A stretch of 62,851 bases of DNA, filler included, from Nitrospirota bacterium (GCA_011620345.1; 6 parts of 6 records of this genome joined end to end with filler, not necessarily neighbours in it); one strand, 5' to 3'; shown: positions 1 to 9,602, numbered from the whole stretch's first letter. The notes: a model not told the origin generated them from the sequence alone. Program-made: numbers and translations.

Positions 1-3000
1 ACCTGCGTCCTGCCCGTCTCGAGCACCTGGGTTTCCCTAGAGCCGTCCCTGTAGATCGTTACCCCCTTGCAGCCCTGTTCCCAGGCCAAAAGGTAGACCT
101 TTTCGACGGCTTCCGGGGCCGCTTCAAACGGAAAGTTCACCGTTTTGGAGATGGCGTTGTCCACGTGCGCCTGGAAGGCCGCCTGCATCCTTACATGCCG
201 TTCCGGCGGAATGTCGTGGGCGCACACGAACAGCTCCCGTATGTCTTCTGGAACCTCCTCGACGTGCGCAACGCTGCCCTCGAACGCGATCCTCTCCATG
301 AGCGCTTCAGAGTAAAACCCACGCTCTTTGGCGATCCGCGCAAACTCCGGGTGCACTTCGATCAGCTTTTGGCCGTCCAGCACGTTGCGGATGTAGCTGA
401 CGGCGAACAGAGGCTCGATTCCGGAAGAACACCCCGCGATGATGCTGATCGTCCCCGTCGGCGCGACGGTCGTAACCATCGCGTTGCGCTGGGGGATCTT
501 GTAAACGCTCCCTTCGAAGTTGGGAAAAGGCCCTCGATCTTTGGCAAGCTTTCGGGATACCAAGGCGGCCTCCTCGTGGATAAAGCCCATCACCTCGCCG
601 GCGATCTCTAGCGCCCTCTGGGAGTCGTAGGGCACGCCAAGAAGGATCAGCATGTCGGCGAACCCCATCACGCCGAGTCCGATCTTGCGGTTCGCGAGCG
701 TCACCCTGGAAATCTCCTCCAGCGGGTAGCGGTTCATGTCGATCACGTTGTCCAGAAAATGGACAGCGGTCTCCACGGCCCCCTGGAGCCTATCGAAGTC
801 GACCCGGCCGTCCTTGACAAAGTTGGAGAGGTTGATCGAGCCCAAGTTGCAGGACTCGTAGGGCAAAAGGAACTGCTCGCCGCAGGGGTTGCAGCTCTCG
901 ATTTGGCTTACATGGGGCGTTGGGTTCTTGGCGTTCACCCTATCGATAAAAACGATGCCCGGGTCTCCCGTAGCCCAGGCGTTCTCGACGATAAGCTCAA
1001 AGATACGCCTGGCACTCTCCATCCGGACGACGCTGCCGTCCCTGGGGTTGATGAGGGCGTACTCCTCCCCCTTCATCAAGGCTTCCATGAAGACGTCCGT
1101 GATGGCGACCGAGATGTTGAAGTTCTGGAAGCGCTTACCGTCCCTTTTGCAGACAATGAACGCTTCGATGTCGGGATGGTCGACCCGAAGGATCCCCATG
1201 TTCGCACCGCGCCTTGTCCCCCCTTGCTTGATCGTGTCGGTGGCGGCATCGAACACGCCCATGAACGAAACCGGGCCGGAGGATACCCCCTTGGTCGAGT
1301 GGACGAGGTCTCCTTCGGGCCTTAGGCGGGAGAAGGAGAACCCGGTATTGTGGACCATGGCTAGGCCAGACTGTCCGGCAGCGTACGTGTTCCAACCCTC
1401 CACGGAAAGGTCGTAGTAGGGCTTGGGCGTTGTCGCCCGCTCTACACGAGCAATTTCCTGGCCGCGTGCCGCGACACGCTCCATGAGCGCTGCCAGGTCC
1501 GGGTCTTGGAGCCGCACCCGTGAGGCAATGGCGCGCAGGTCATCGCGGCGGCAGCGATGATTGGCGTTGCAGGACCATCGGTTAAGCTCTATGGCGCAGG
1601 GTCCGGGTCCGGTTGACTTATCGCCCCTCCGCCGGACCAACCCCAGCTCCACCATTCGGTCACGCCAGGCCCGTAACGGGAGTCGCAGCGCAGTTTCTCT
1701 TGTGCTCTCCGTGGAGAGCCGGGCGAGCCGGAAGCGGTTGGCCAGGTAGAGTTGCAGGTCGTTAGCGAGTTGCAGGACTTGGGGCAGGGAACAGACCTGC
1801 ACGTTGAACACCGTCTGCCTCCCCCTACCCCGCGGGTTCTTCTTGGATACCGTAGGACGGTAGCCCATCAGGGCGGCAAGCGCGGCCAAGTCCTGGGCAA
1901 ATTCTTCCGAAACCGTGGAGTAGGACGGACTGCCATCCTTGGCGACGTAGCCGTCGCTGTCCAGAAGCCCGGCAAGGAACGCGCGCACGACCGGCAGGGG
2001 CGACTTGGCGATAACCTCGGGGACCCGGATGTGGTCCTCCTTGACGCCGATTGCGCCGAGCCCGCAGGCTTCCAGCAGGTCATGCACGAACCGCTGAGAC
2101 AAGGTAGCCAGCAAGAAGCTTTCTGTACTCCGGTTATCCCGCTGGATGGCGACGTGAATGTCCCTCGAGGCCAGGACCTCTTGCACGCGCTCCAGCACGT
2201 CGCGGGTGCCGGAGAACCAACGCACCCGGTACTGTCTCAGAGAGGGCACGTAGCCAAACGACCCGTCGCCCAAGGTAAAGCCAATGAGCCAGCCCATCCA
2301 GGGATCGATCGTCAGAGTGCCTGCCGTGCGGTACTCAGACCATGGCCAATAGGAATCCGGGCGGTCCGGTCCGAGGATCACGTCCCCTTGCATGAGCTCA
2401 TCAGCGCGGACTTCGGCAAAGCCAGCATCCCGCAGCACCATGAACGGATGCCAGGCGCTAGTCTGGATGACCGTGCCCTCGCGCGTTCGGACTGTCATTT
2501 GATCTGCGGCCGGGACATCAAACTTCCAGACATGGGTAACCTTGCGCAACCCCATGGACCCCGTGGCGGGGTCCATGGCTGCGGTCTGAATGTTGAGGTC
2601 GTTCACGTCATAAGCGATGCCAAAACCGTGACGGATGCCTGGGCGGCCGTCCGCCGTGGTCCGATGGAACAGCACTTCGATAGGCTCCAGCCCGCAAAAT
2701 GTGCTCCAGACCCTAGCATCGCCGGCAATGCAGCCGCCGCCGGATTTGTGGATCAGGGCGGCGTGCTTTACCGTTTCGAAGATACCATTCAGCGAATCTT
2801 CCACGGGGAGGACGAAGCAGGCGCTAAGCTGGCCCAAAGGCCTGCCCGCGTTCATCAGCGTGGGCGAGTTCGGAAGAAAATCGAGCGATGTCAGGAGCTC
2901 GAGAAACCTTGGGTAGGCATTCCCTGGGTCTTTTCCGTAAATCGCCTCGGCTTGGGCGATCGCTCCGGCCACGCGCTCGAAGAGCTCGGATGGTGTCTCG

Positions 3001-3125
3001 ACAACGTTTCCTGATTCGTCTTTTTTCAGATAGCGTTTTTCTAAAACCTTGAGCGCGTTATGGGTAAGCCTAGACATCAGATCGTTTCCGTTTTGCCCGG
3101 GCGACCTTACGTTTTGTATGAGCAC
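1..3125 (-). CDS. nrdJ: Class II (adenosylcobalamin-dependent) ribonucleotide reductase with intein; 3' end runs off the window
   Basis: Manual translation of the minus strand (not in the ORF track because it has no stop in the window): [98 protein letters not shown]. Start is either GTG 3125 (GGAG RBS upstream) or in-frame ATG 3077. Confidence 0.93.
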   Translation of the reverse strand, partial: MLIQNVRSPGQNGNDLMSRLTHNALKVLEKRYLKKDESGNVVETPSELFERVAGAIAQAEAIYGKDPGNAYPRFLELLTSLDFLPNSPTLMNAGRPLGQLSACFVLPVEDSLNGIFETVKHAALIHKSGGGCIAGDARVWSTFCGLEPIEVLFHRTTADGRPGIRHGFGIAYDVNDLNIQTAAMDPATGSMGLRKVTHVWKFDVPAADQMTVRTREGTVIQTSAWHPFMVLRDAGFAEVRADELMQGDVILGPDRPDSYWPWSEYRTAGTLTIDPWMGWLIGFTLGDGSFGYVPSLRQYRVRWFSGTRDVLERVQEVLASRDIHVAIQRDNRSTESFLLATLSQRFVHDLLEACGLGAIGVKEDHIRVPEVIAKSPLPVVRAFLAGLLDSDGYVAKDGSPSYSTVSEEFAQDLAALAALMGYRPTVSKKNPRGRGRQTVFNVQVCSLPQVLQLANDLQLYLANRFRLARLSTESTRETALRLPLRAWRDRMVELGLVRRRGDKSTGPGPCAIELNRWSCNANHRCRRDDLRAIASRVRLQDPDLAALMERVAARGQEIARVERATTPKPYYDLSVEGWNTYAAGQSGLAMVHNTGFSFSRLRPEGDLVHSTKGVSSGPVSFMGVFDAATDTIKQGGTRRGANMGILRVDHPDIEAFIVCKRDGKRFQNFNISVAITDVFMEALMKGEEYALINPRDGSVVRMESARRIFELIVENAWATGDPGIVFIDRVNAKNPTPHVSQIESCNPCGEQFLLPYESCNLGSINLSNFVKDGRVDFDRLQGAVETAVHFLDNVIDMNRYPLEEISRVTLANRKIGLGVMGFADMLILLGVPYDSQRALEIAGEVMGFIHEEAALVSRKLAKDRGPFPNFEGSVYKIPQRNAMVTTVAPTGTISIIAGCSSGIEPLFAVSYIRNVLDGQKLIEVHPEFARIAKERGFYSEALMERIAFEGSVAHVEEVPEDIRELFVCAHDIPPERHVRMQAAFQAHVDNAISKTVNFPFEAAPEAVEKVYLLAWEQGCKGVTIYRDGSRETQVLETGRTQ
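1347..2732 (-). mobile_element. Intein with LAGLIDADG homing endonuclease (462 aa) in nrdJ
   Basis: In-frame insertion between IHKSGGG and [10 protein letters not shown]. Begins CIAGDARV, block B TSAWHPF, two LAGLIDADG-like helices ([22 protein letters not shown]), block F YYDLSVEG, ends MVHN followed by Thr(+1). Confidence 0.95.
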
Positions 3126-3183
3126 GGGGTACTCCCTTCGTTGTGGTTGCCGTAAAGACGGGAAGCAAAGGCAAGGGGAAAAC

Positions 3184-3957
3184 CTACGGTTGTGTTGCCG
3201 ACAAGATCCAAGCGAGGGCCGCCGCCACACCATGCTCGGTATTGGCGGGCGCGATGAAGTCCGCCATGGCTTTGAGCGGCTCGATTGCGTTCCCCATCGC
3301 AACGCGGACTCCGGCGTAGCCGAAAAGCTCGAGATCGTTTTCTCCATCACCGATGCAGGCGATTTCTTCGGGCAGGATCCCCAACGCCTTGGCCACGGAA
3401 TCGAGGCCGGAGGCCTTGCTTACGCCAGCCGGACAAATCTCTAAGTTGCCATGGAACGAGGAGGTCGTATAAATGGTACCGTCCAAGAGCGCCTTGATTT
3501 CGGCCTTGGCCGATTCTACGCTGGCGATATCGCCGGAGGCGTAGAGCTTGACGACTTCATGGAAGCTGTCGTCTTGGCTTGTTGGCCGGACGACGAAGCG
3601 TAGGTCTGCGGTAATTTCCATGACGAAAGGCACAAGCCCAAACTCTGGAAGGCACTCAAGGCAACTTCGAACGGCCTCCAGAGGAATCGTGCGCTTCATC
3701 AAAGGCCTTTGCCGGCCGACATCCCAAAGGACGGCCCCGTTGCAGGTCACGAGCGGGGCACTCCATGTGATCGGCCTGCTTAAATGAGTTGCGCTATGGG
3801 GGTCACGGCCTGTAGCCAGGGTTACACAAGCCCCCTTGCTCAAGATGCTCGAAATAAGAGGCAAGGCTGCGGTATCGAGGGCTCCTTCCCCATCAAGGAG
3901 TGTCCCGTCTAAGTCGATGGCAATAAGCCGCACCTTGGAGGACAGTTTTGCGGCCAC
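3184..3957 (-). CDS. Cof-type HAD-IIB family hydrolase
   Basis: [38 protein letters not shown] motifs. Confidence 0.92.
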   Translation of the reverse strand: MAAKLSSKVRLIAIDLDGTLLDGEGALDTAALPLISSILSKGACVTLATGRDPHSATHLSRPITWSAPLVTCNGAVLWDVGRQRPLMKRTIPLEAVRSCLECLPEFGLVPFVMEITADLRFVVRPTSQDDSFHEVVKLYASGDIASVESAKAEIKALLDGTIYTTSSFHGNLEICPAGVSKASGLDSVAKALGILPEEIACIGDGENDLELFGYAGVRVAMGNAIEPLKAMADFIAPANTEHGVAAALAWILSATQP

Positions 3958-4206
3958 GGCTTCGATGTCCTACTGTCTTGTGATTGGAGCTTTTAGCTTA
4001 GCATACCTCTTGCCAGCCAAGCCAGGGTTCTTTTTGCGCTGGATCGACCCCTTAAAGTGCCGTAAAAAGGGTAAGGGCTAGAGGCCACCAGGGTCCCCCT
4101 CTTCCGGTAGATTGACGAAACCAAGAAAACCTCGGTCAGCCTACCAAAGCGGAGTAGGGGGCAAGACCTTTTAAGGCTTTTAAGCGGCCTTAACAAAGGC
4201 GGCTTC

Positions 4207-4236
4207 TTGACAACGACTCCTGTAACGTTTTAGGAT
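4207..4236 (+). promoter_or_regulatory. Sigma70-type promoter upstream of the small-peptide/CPBP/ABC cassette
   Basis: TTGACA (4207-4212), 18 bp, TAGGAT (4231-4236) in an AT-richer intergenic stretch. Confidence 0.6.
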
Positions 4237-4445
4237 AATTTATACCTTACAAGGAAGAGGATAGTTTTGCATGGTAAAAACATTGTATATACCATCCCCG
4301 GTAAGTCCGGTAAGGAAGCGGTCTTTCCCGAGGGCCCCAAGAATGGCAAATGCATCTGCTTCGATGAATCCAATCACTAGAACCCTCGAATACAAAAAAG
4401 CGGGCGGTTACTAACCGATAAACCCCTCAACATAGGAGGTATCCG

Positions 4446-4604
4446 ATGGAGACGCGTGTACGTAGAAGGACCAAACGAGGAGCAGAGCTGGCAAGCGGGT
4501 TACTTCAGTCCGGCGGCGGGAAGAAGGGTGCCGGGCCGGGACCCGAGCAGCAGGCTGGAGGGGCAGGCCCAAGTTGCTCCCCTGTTACCATTTACCCTCA
4601 CTAA
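4446..4604 (+). CDS. Small Gly-rich peptide A (52 aa), putative precursor: METRVRRRTKRGAELASGLLQSGGGKKGAGPGPEQQAGGAGPSCSPVTIYPH
   Basis: Strong RBS AGGAGG 6 nt before ATG; below the ORF-track length cut-off; shares length and GGKKG motif with the next ORF. Confidence 0.7.
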   Translation: METRVRRRTKRGAELASGLLQSGGGKKGAGPGPEQQAGGAGPSCSPVTIYPH

Positions 4605-4634
4605 AACAAACTAACCAAGAAGGATTAAGGCTGT

Positions 4635-4793
4635 ATGCTTAATAAAAAAAGTAAAAAAGGTCCGTGCATCGCTACGGGAACTCAGGCAGGTTCCGCTGGA
4701 TTAGGCGGCGGAGCGCCTCAAGAGGGGGGCAAAAAGGGTGGAGCGCCCGCACAAACCCCAGCCGCTCCAGCGCCGGGGGTTTCTTACTACTAG
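4635..4793 (+). CDS. Small Gly/Ala/Pro-rich peptide B (52 aa), putative precursor: MLNKKSKKGPCIATGTQAGSAGLGGGAPQEGGKKGGAPAQTPAAPAPGVSYY
   Basis: AAGGA/AAGG upstream; fills the space between peptide A and the CPBP gene; basic N-terminus, GGKKG, Tyr-containing C-terminus like peptide A. Confidence 0.65.
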   Translation: MLNKKSKKGPCIATGTQAGSAGLGGGAPQEGGKKGGAPAQTPAAPAPGVSYY

Positions 4794-4814
4794 GCCCCTT
4801 TTAAGCGTTACGCC

Positions 4815-5453
4815 GTGGTGGAGGGTATTGTTGCCGCGCTTTTTGTCCTGATCGCCCTGGACTACGGGACGAACGGCAGGCTTGGCCTGCTGGTTGGCGT
4901 AGCGCAGCTTGCCCTTTTCGCGGTTGGCCTTTGGCAGGGCCAGGCAAGCCTAGGAAGTGGGCTTGCCTGGCCCTTTTTGCTTCTTTATTCCGCCTTAGGA
5001 ATCGCCCTAGGGTACGGGCTTTACGCACTGTCTTCGCTCGCGACCCATGTGACACCAAAGGAAGTGGTCGACTATTTCCGGGAAGGGAAGGGGTTTTTGC
5101 GCTTTTACAGGGAAAGGCCCGGGGTAGCGCTATCTTACCTCTTTATGGCCTATTACGAAGAAGTGCTCTGGAGGGCAATCGTTCAAGGAGCTTTGGCTGA
5201 AATGTTCTCGAACCTGTCTTTGGGCATCCTTATCGCTGCCGCCTTCTTCACGATAATGCACTTCCGTTACTTCATCGAGCTGCCCGTTCGATGGGCAGAG
5301 TTTTTCGTGTTTTCATTGACACTAGGCGTACTCTACGCCTCGACGGGCTCTTTGTTCCTGGTAACGCTCGTTCATTTCCTGCGCAACCTGCATGTCACAT
5401 TTTTTGCCCACTGGGACGAGCAGCAGGTCCAAACCGAGCAGACACAATCATAA
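4815..5453 (+). CDS. CPBP (Abi/CAAX type II) intramembrane glutamic endopeptidase
   Basis: Multi-TM protein with EEVLWR (EExxxR), FTIMH (FxxxH) and HFLRN (HxxxN). Confidence 0.9.
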   Translation: MVEGIVAALFVLIALDYGTNGRLGLLVGVAQLALFAVGLWQGQASLGSGLAWPFLLLYSALGIALGYGLYALSSLATHVTPKEVVDYFREGKGFLRFYRERPGVALSYLFMAYYEEVLWRAIVQGALAEMFSNLSLGILIAAAFFTIMHFRYFIELPVRWAEFFVFSLTLGVLYASTGSLFLVTLVHFLRNLHVTFFAHWDEQQVQTEQTQS

Positions 5454-6449
5454 ATGGACGCTTCGCTTCCGCTCGCGCTCGAGGCCGTCAGCAAAACCTT
5501 TCGTACAAAAGGCCGGAAAAAGCAGGTTGTCAACGCCCTTCTGAATATCAGCTTAAGGCTTAAAAAGGGCGAGGTCGCAGGCCTTTTGGGCCCAAACGGC
5601 GCCGGCAAGACGACCCTCATCAAGATCCTTTGCGGCCTTGTGTACCCGGACAAAGGCCGAGTCCTCGCCTTCGGCAGTCCCTTCGAGCAAAGCCGCAAAC
5701 AGGCACTCTCCAGGATGGGCGTCCTGCTCGAAGGCCATCGACACATTTTTTGGCCGCTTACGGTCGTAGAGAACCTCAAGTACTTTGGCATGCTCAAGAA
5801 CGTCCCTGGCCCTGCCCTTCGTGAAGACATCGATAGGCTCGTCCAGTTTATGGGTCTAGAAGACAAGCGCGACGTGCCCGTTAGGTTCCTCTCGCAGGGA
5901 ATGCGCCAGAAATTAAGCGTTGCCGTAACGCTCCTTGGCAACCCGGATGTTCTTCTGCTGGACGAGCCGACACAAGGGTTGGACGTCGAATCCCTAAGGG
6001 ACCTCAAGCAGCGCATTGTCCGTCTCGCGAAGGAGTTTCAAAAGGCCATCCTTCTTTCGACCCACCAGATGGAAGTGGCCCAGGAGCTCTGCGACAGAAT
6101 TCTCATCCTCCAAGAGGGGAGAATCCTTGCAGATGCCCCGACGCCTGAACTGATGGGTTATTTTAAGGGGCAGAACTTCATGCTGACAATTAAGGGCCTT
6201 CCATCCTTTTCCCATGAAAGCCAGCCTTTCGCCGCCCTCGGGATGGAACCCAGCCTAGATGAGCACGAAACCGTCGGCACAAACGGCATTGTCCGCATAA
6301 GGGTGGGGGTAAAAAACGGCGAAGGGCTCTTTGACGTGCTCCAAGGGCTAAAAGCCAAAGGCGCCGAGATCGTCAAGGTCGAAGAGCTCAAACGCTCACT
6401 CGAAGAGGTATTCATGGAAATCCTCGGAGGGAAAAAGGGCGATGGGTAG
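5454..6449 (+). CDS. ABC exporter ATP-binding protein (ABC-2/DrrA type)
   Basis: GPNGAGKTT, LSQGM signature, LLLDEPT, LLSTH, C-terminal SLEEVF. Confidence 0.95.
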   Translation: MDASLPLALEAVSKTFRTKGRKKQVVNALLNISLRLKKGEVAGLLGPNGAGKTTLIKILCGLVYPDKGRVLAFGSPFEQSRKQALSRMGVLLEGHRHIFWPLTVVENLKYFGMLKNVPGPALREDIDRLVQFMGLEDKRDVPVRFLSQGMRQKLSVAVTLLGNPDVLLLDEPTQGLDVESLRDLKQRIVRLAKEFQKAILLSTHQMEVAQELCDRILILQEGRILADAPTPELMGYFKGQNFMLTIKGLPSFSHESQPFAALGMEPSLDEHETVGTNGIVRIRVGVKNGEGLFDVLQGLKAKGAEIVKVEELKRSLEEVFMEILGGKKGDG

Positions 6450-7266
6450 GATGGCTGAGCTGAATAACCTGGCTAAGGCCGAGATGTACCGGGAGTACCT
6501 GTTCGCCAAACGTTACTCCGTGGAGGTGTGCGTTAGGCTCTTTACGGTGTACGCCTTCTTTCTTGTGCTGTTCCTCGTATCCAAAAGCTTTGGCGGCGTC
6601 GAACGGCTCGGCGCCTTCGGGATGATGAACCTGAGCGCCTACCAGCTCGTTGGGTTTGCGATGTGGCTTTTCTCACTCATGGCCTTAGGCGTCGTCAGCG
6701 ATGACATCGCCTACGGCAGCCAGATGGGGGTGCTCGAAGCGGTCTGGCTTATGCCGCACGCCCCGCTTACGATGCTCTGCGTCCGGGCGCTTATCAAGGG
6801 TTTTTACGAGCTATTGTTCCTTTCACTGTTCATAGGCTTAGGAATGGCGACCACGGGCATCCGGCTCGCCCCGCGCGTGTTGCCCGCCCTTGTCATTCTT
6901 GCAGTCACGCTGACGGGGCTTTTCGGGCTGGGACTGCTGTTTGGAGGGCTTGCGCTTATGTACAAGCGGATCGGGCCAGTCACCTCGATTGTACGCACCT
7001 CCTTTTTGTTCCTTACCGGCGCGCTCGTTCCGCTGGACGTTCTTCCAAAGGCCCTCAAGACGCTTGCCCTTTTCTTGCCGATGACGGACGGGGTGGCACT
7101 GATCCAACGCCTGCTCGTCAACAATACCCCCTTGCAAGACGTGTTCTTGAGCGTGGGGATGCTAAGGTGCTTAGCGAACGCGCTCATCTACTTTACGGTC
7201 GGGGTCTTTGCGTTTTGGCACTTTGAGCGAAAAGCCAGAAAAGAAGGGCTGCTTGCCGTCTATTGA
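6442..7266 (+). CDS. ABC-2 type exporter permease
   Basis: About 6 TM helices, FLTGALVPL...LP.T.G pattern, overlaps the ATPase stop. Confidence 0.9.
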   Translation: MGRMAELNNLAKAEMYREYLFAKRYSVEVCVRLFTVYAFFLVLFLVSKSFGGVERLGAFGMMNLSAYQLVGFAMWLFSLMALGVVSDDIAYGSQMGVLEAVWLMPHAPLTMLCVRALIKGFYELLFLSLFIGLGMATTGIRLAPRVLPALVILAVTLTGLFGLGLLFGGLALMYKRIGPVTSIVRTSFLFLTGALVPLDVLPKALKTLALFLPMTDGVALIQRLLVNNTPLQDVFLSVGMLRCLANALIYFTVGVFAFWHFERKARKEGLLAVY

Positions 7267-7273
7267 CGATGCG

Positions 7274-7750
7274 ATGAAGCCTTACGCCTTCCCCCGCCTA
7301 GATGATACGCTCTACATGAACCTTGCCCTTGCTCTGGCCAAAAGAGCCATGCTCGATGAAGAGGTTCCCGTGGGAGCGCTCGTTGTTTTGGGCGGCAAGG
7401 TTTTAGGGTTTGGTTGGAACCAAAAAGAGGCCGGCCTCGACCCGACGGCGCATGCCGAGATCCTGGCGCTTCGAATGGCCGGCAGGACAAAAGGCAACTG
7501 GAGGCTTTCGGGTGGGTGCGTCTACGTTACGAAAGAGCCCTGCGTGATGTGTGCGGGTGCGCTCTTAGAAGCCCGGGTGGCAAGGGTCGTCTACGGCGCC
7601 AAGGATTTCAAAACGGGGGCGTTGGGCTCGCTCTACTGCCTTCACGATCAGGCGTTCTTGCCGCACAGACTGTCCGTTTCAGAAGGGGTAGAGAAGGACA
7701 GGGCCGCGGAACTCCTCGTTCGTTTTTTCCGATGCAAAAAGAACCGCTGA
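7274..7750 (+). CDS. tadA: tRNA adenosine(34) deaminase
   Basis: EVPVGA, PTAHAE, NWRL, EPCVMCAGA, K.GA.GS motifs; start approximate. Confidence 0.9.
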   Translation: MKPYAFPRLDDTLYMNLALALAKRAMLDEEVPVGALVVLGGKVLGFGWNQKEAGLDPTAHAEILALRMAGRTKGNWRLSGGCVYVTKEPCVMCAGALLEARVARVVYGAKDFKTGALGSLYCLHDQAFLPHRLSVSEGVEKDRAAELLVRFFRCKKNR

Positions 7751-7818
7751 AGAGGTTTTTATGGCTTCTAGCCGCATCAAGCGCAGCCCTTGCGTGCCTT
7801 GAAGGAAAGGCGTTTGCC

Positions 7819-8499
7819 GTGCACCTAGCGGACGGGGTTCTGCCTTTCGGCCAAGCTCTCGCGTGGAACGGCGTAGGCATTGCTGCAGTGGCCTTCAGCT
7901 TGAAGCGGGTTTCTGCCGCGCACGGCCAAGAACCCTTTATCAAGGCGATCGCCGCCTTGATGGGCTCGGTGTTGTTCGTCCTTTCTGGGCTGCCTATCCC
8001 CGTGCCCTTTCTTGGGACCACTTCCCACCCTACGGGGATGGGAATCGTGAGCCTGCTTGTCGGCCCTTACATCGCGATTCTCGTGACGCTGGTTGCGCTC
8101 GTTTTGCAAGCACTGCTTTTAGGCCATGGCGGGATCTCGACGCTCGGGGCGAACCTCGTGAGCATGGGGGTTGTGGGGAGTCTGGCCGCGCTTTCGAGCT
8201 TTCGGCTCGTTCGGGGGCTCGGCGGTTCAAAAATGGCAGGGGCGTTCGTGGCCGGGCTTTTGGGCGATTACCTCCCTTACTTTGCAACGGCGACCATTCT
8301 CGCGTTCGGGGTACACGGCACGGCCGCGTTCGGTTCCGTTTTCCTGGCAATCCTTGCAGCCTATGCCCCAACCCAGGTGCCGATCGGGATTCTCGACGGT
8401 GTACTTGCGCTCGGGGCTTACAGGTTCCTTACCGCCAGGCGCCCGGACGTCTTCGAACACCTTAAGGACCGAGGGCTGCTCCCTCGCTACGTAAGGTAG
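7819..8499 (+). CDS. cbiM: ECF cobalt transporter S component CbiM
   Basis: (M/V)HLADGVL N-terminus, GTTSHPTG, QALLLGHGGISTLGAN, PTQVPIGILDG. Start ambiguous (GTG 7819 or an upstream signal peptide). Confidence 0.9.
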   Translation: MHLADGVLPFGQALAWNGVGIAAVAFSLKRVSAAHGQEPFIKAIAALMGSVLFVLSGLPIPVPFLGTTSHPTGMGIVSLLVGPYIAILVTLVALVLQALLLGHGGISTLGANLVSMGVVGSLAALSSFRLVRGLGGSKMAGAFVAGLLGDYLPYFATATILAFGVHGTAAFGSVFLAILAAYAPTQVPIGILDGVLALGAYRFLTARRPDVFEHLKDRGLLPRYVR

Positions 8500-8508
8500 C
8501 GTTACGCC

Positions 8509-8781
8509 ATGAAAGAGATCCGGAGGTTTTTATCGACGCTTCTTTTCGAGGCCTTGTTCGTTTTAGGCCTTCTTTGCTGCAGCTCGGCTCAGGCCATCGA
8601 AGGGGTCGAAGAGGGCAAAATCGAGCCGATCGTAAGAGCCTTGGGGGTAGAGCCTAAAGGCCCCGTTCTTGACTTGAAGGGCGACGCCCTGCTTTTCGTA
8701 GCGTTCGGCGCGGGCGCGCTCGCCGGAGGAGTGGCGGGGTACTGCCTTCGCGCGTTGATCCAAAAAGACCAGCCCCGATGA
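8509..8781 (+). CDS. CbiN-like small membrane subunit of the cobalt transporter
   Basis: Signal/TM - loop - TM with GDALLFVAFGAGALAGGVAGY, directly after cbiM. Confidence 0.7.
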   Translation: MKEIRRFLSTLLFEALFVLGLLCCSSAQAIEGVEEGKIEPIVRALGVEPKGPVLDLKGDALLFVAFGAGALAGGVAGYCLRALIQKDQPR

Positions 8782-8948
8782 CATCCAACGCCCCATCTCC
8801 GCCTTTGGTGACCATAGAGATGATGATGCTTTTATCAACCATTTTTAACCTTGGCAGTTCCGCGTGCGGCTTTATTCGACCGAGCACGATCGGTTAGAAT
8901 AACAATTGTGGGCAAAACATAAAAAAACAACGATAAGGAGAAAAAGCG

Positions 8949-9452
8949 ATGCGAAAGCTCTTTATGGTTACGTTCTTTTTGTTGTTTGGGATCGCGCTGC
9001 CGCTTCAGGCCGAAACCCTTCTTGAGGAGTTCCAGTCGGATCCGAACGTGGTCCAGGCCTTGAATCAGCTCAATACCGCGCTTTCCAACCCCTCATTGCA
9101 AGGACCCCTTTCGACGCGAAACGAGCTCTCCTCGAACCCCAAAGCGCTCGAGGCAATCCAAGGTCTTCAGAATGTCCTTCAGAATGTCCAGAGTCTCGAC
9201 CAGCTCGATGCCGCGCTTCAAAACCCCTTTGTTCAACAGTACGCACAGGCCACGGAAGCAATACTCAGTGATCCCGGCGTTATCAAAGCCGTTCAGAAAT
9301 TCCAGGCCGCGGTCCAGGCCAACCCGCAACTCGCCTCGGTTCTGCAGGACCCAAACGCCATGCAGCAGCTCCTGAACGAGCTCGCCACTCAGGCCAAACG
9401 TTCCCAGCAAACGGCAAACACCTTAAAGCTCCTCTTGCAGCCGGCCTTTTAG
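8949..9452 (+). CDS. Secreted Q/N/L-rich helical protein with DP/NP repeats (STI1-like)
   Basis: AAGGAG RBS; signal peptide ending LQA; repeated (S/Q)(D/N)P followed by amphipathic helices. Confidence 0.75.
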   Translation: MRKLFMVTFFLLFGIALPLQAETLLEEFQSDPNVVQALNQLNTALSNPSLQGPLSTRNELSSNPKALEAIQGLQNVLQNVQSLDQLDAALQNPFVQQYAQATEAILSDPGVIKAVQKFQAAVQANPQLASVLQDPNAMQQLLNELATQAKRSQQTANTLKLLLQPAF

Positions 9453-9602
9453 CGCCTTAGCAAGTTGCTGGCCCCCAGGAAGCCCAAGGTCAGCGCGCAC
9501 GTTTGGCTCTGAGGACATTGTGGCGGTCTCACCCACGACAGCCACGACCACGTCCGCGTGCCTTGCAGCCGACACGGCCTCGTCAAGGAGCGCCTCGGGG
9601 CT
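9440..9602 (-). pseudogene. Fragment of a GH3 beta-glucosidase (BglX-like C-terminal domain)
   Basis: LLDEAVSAARHADVVVAVVGETATMSSE...RADLGLPGGQQ matches the typical GH3_C segment; only about 50 codons remain. Confidence 0.75.

Noticed and set aside
165-3014. Long plus-strand ORFs (e.g. 1752-3014, 420 aa)
   Set aside because: Antisense shadows of the nrdJ/intein frame; no recognisable motifs.
6425-6445. GGKKG at the C-terminus of the ABC ATPase, matching the peptide motif
   Set aside because: It is encoded by the purine-rich RBS of the overlapping permease gene, so probably coincidental.
7414-7818. Apparent 361-aa CbiM with long N-terminal extension
   Set aside because: The extension is an alternate frame overlapping tadA.
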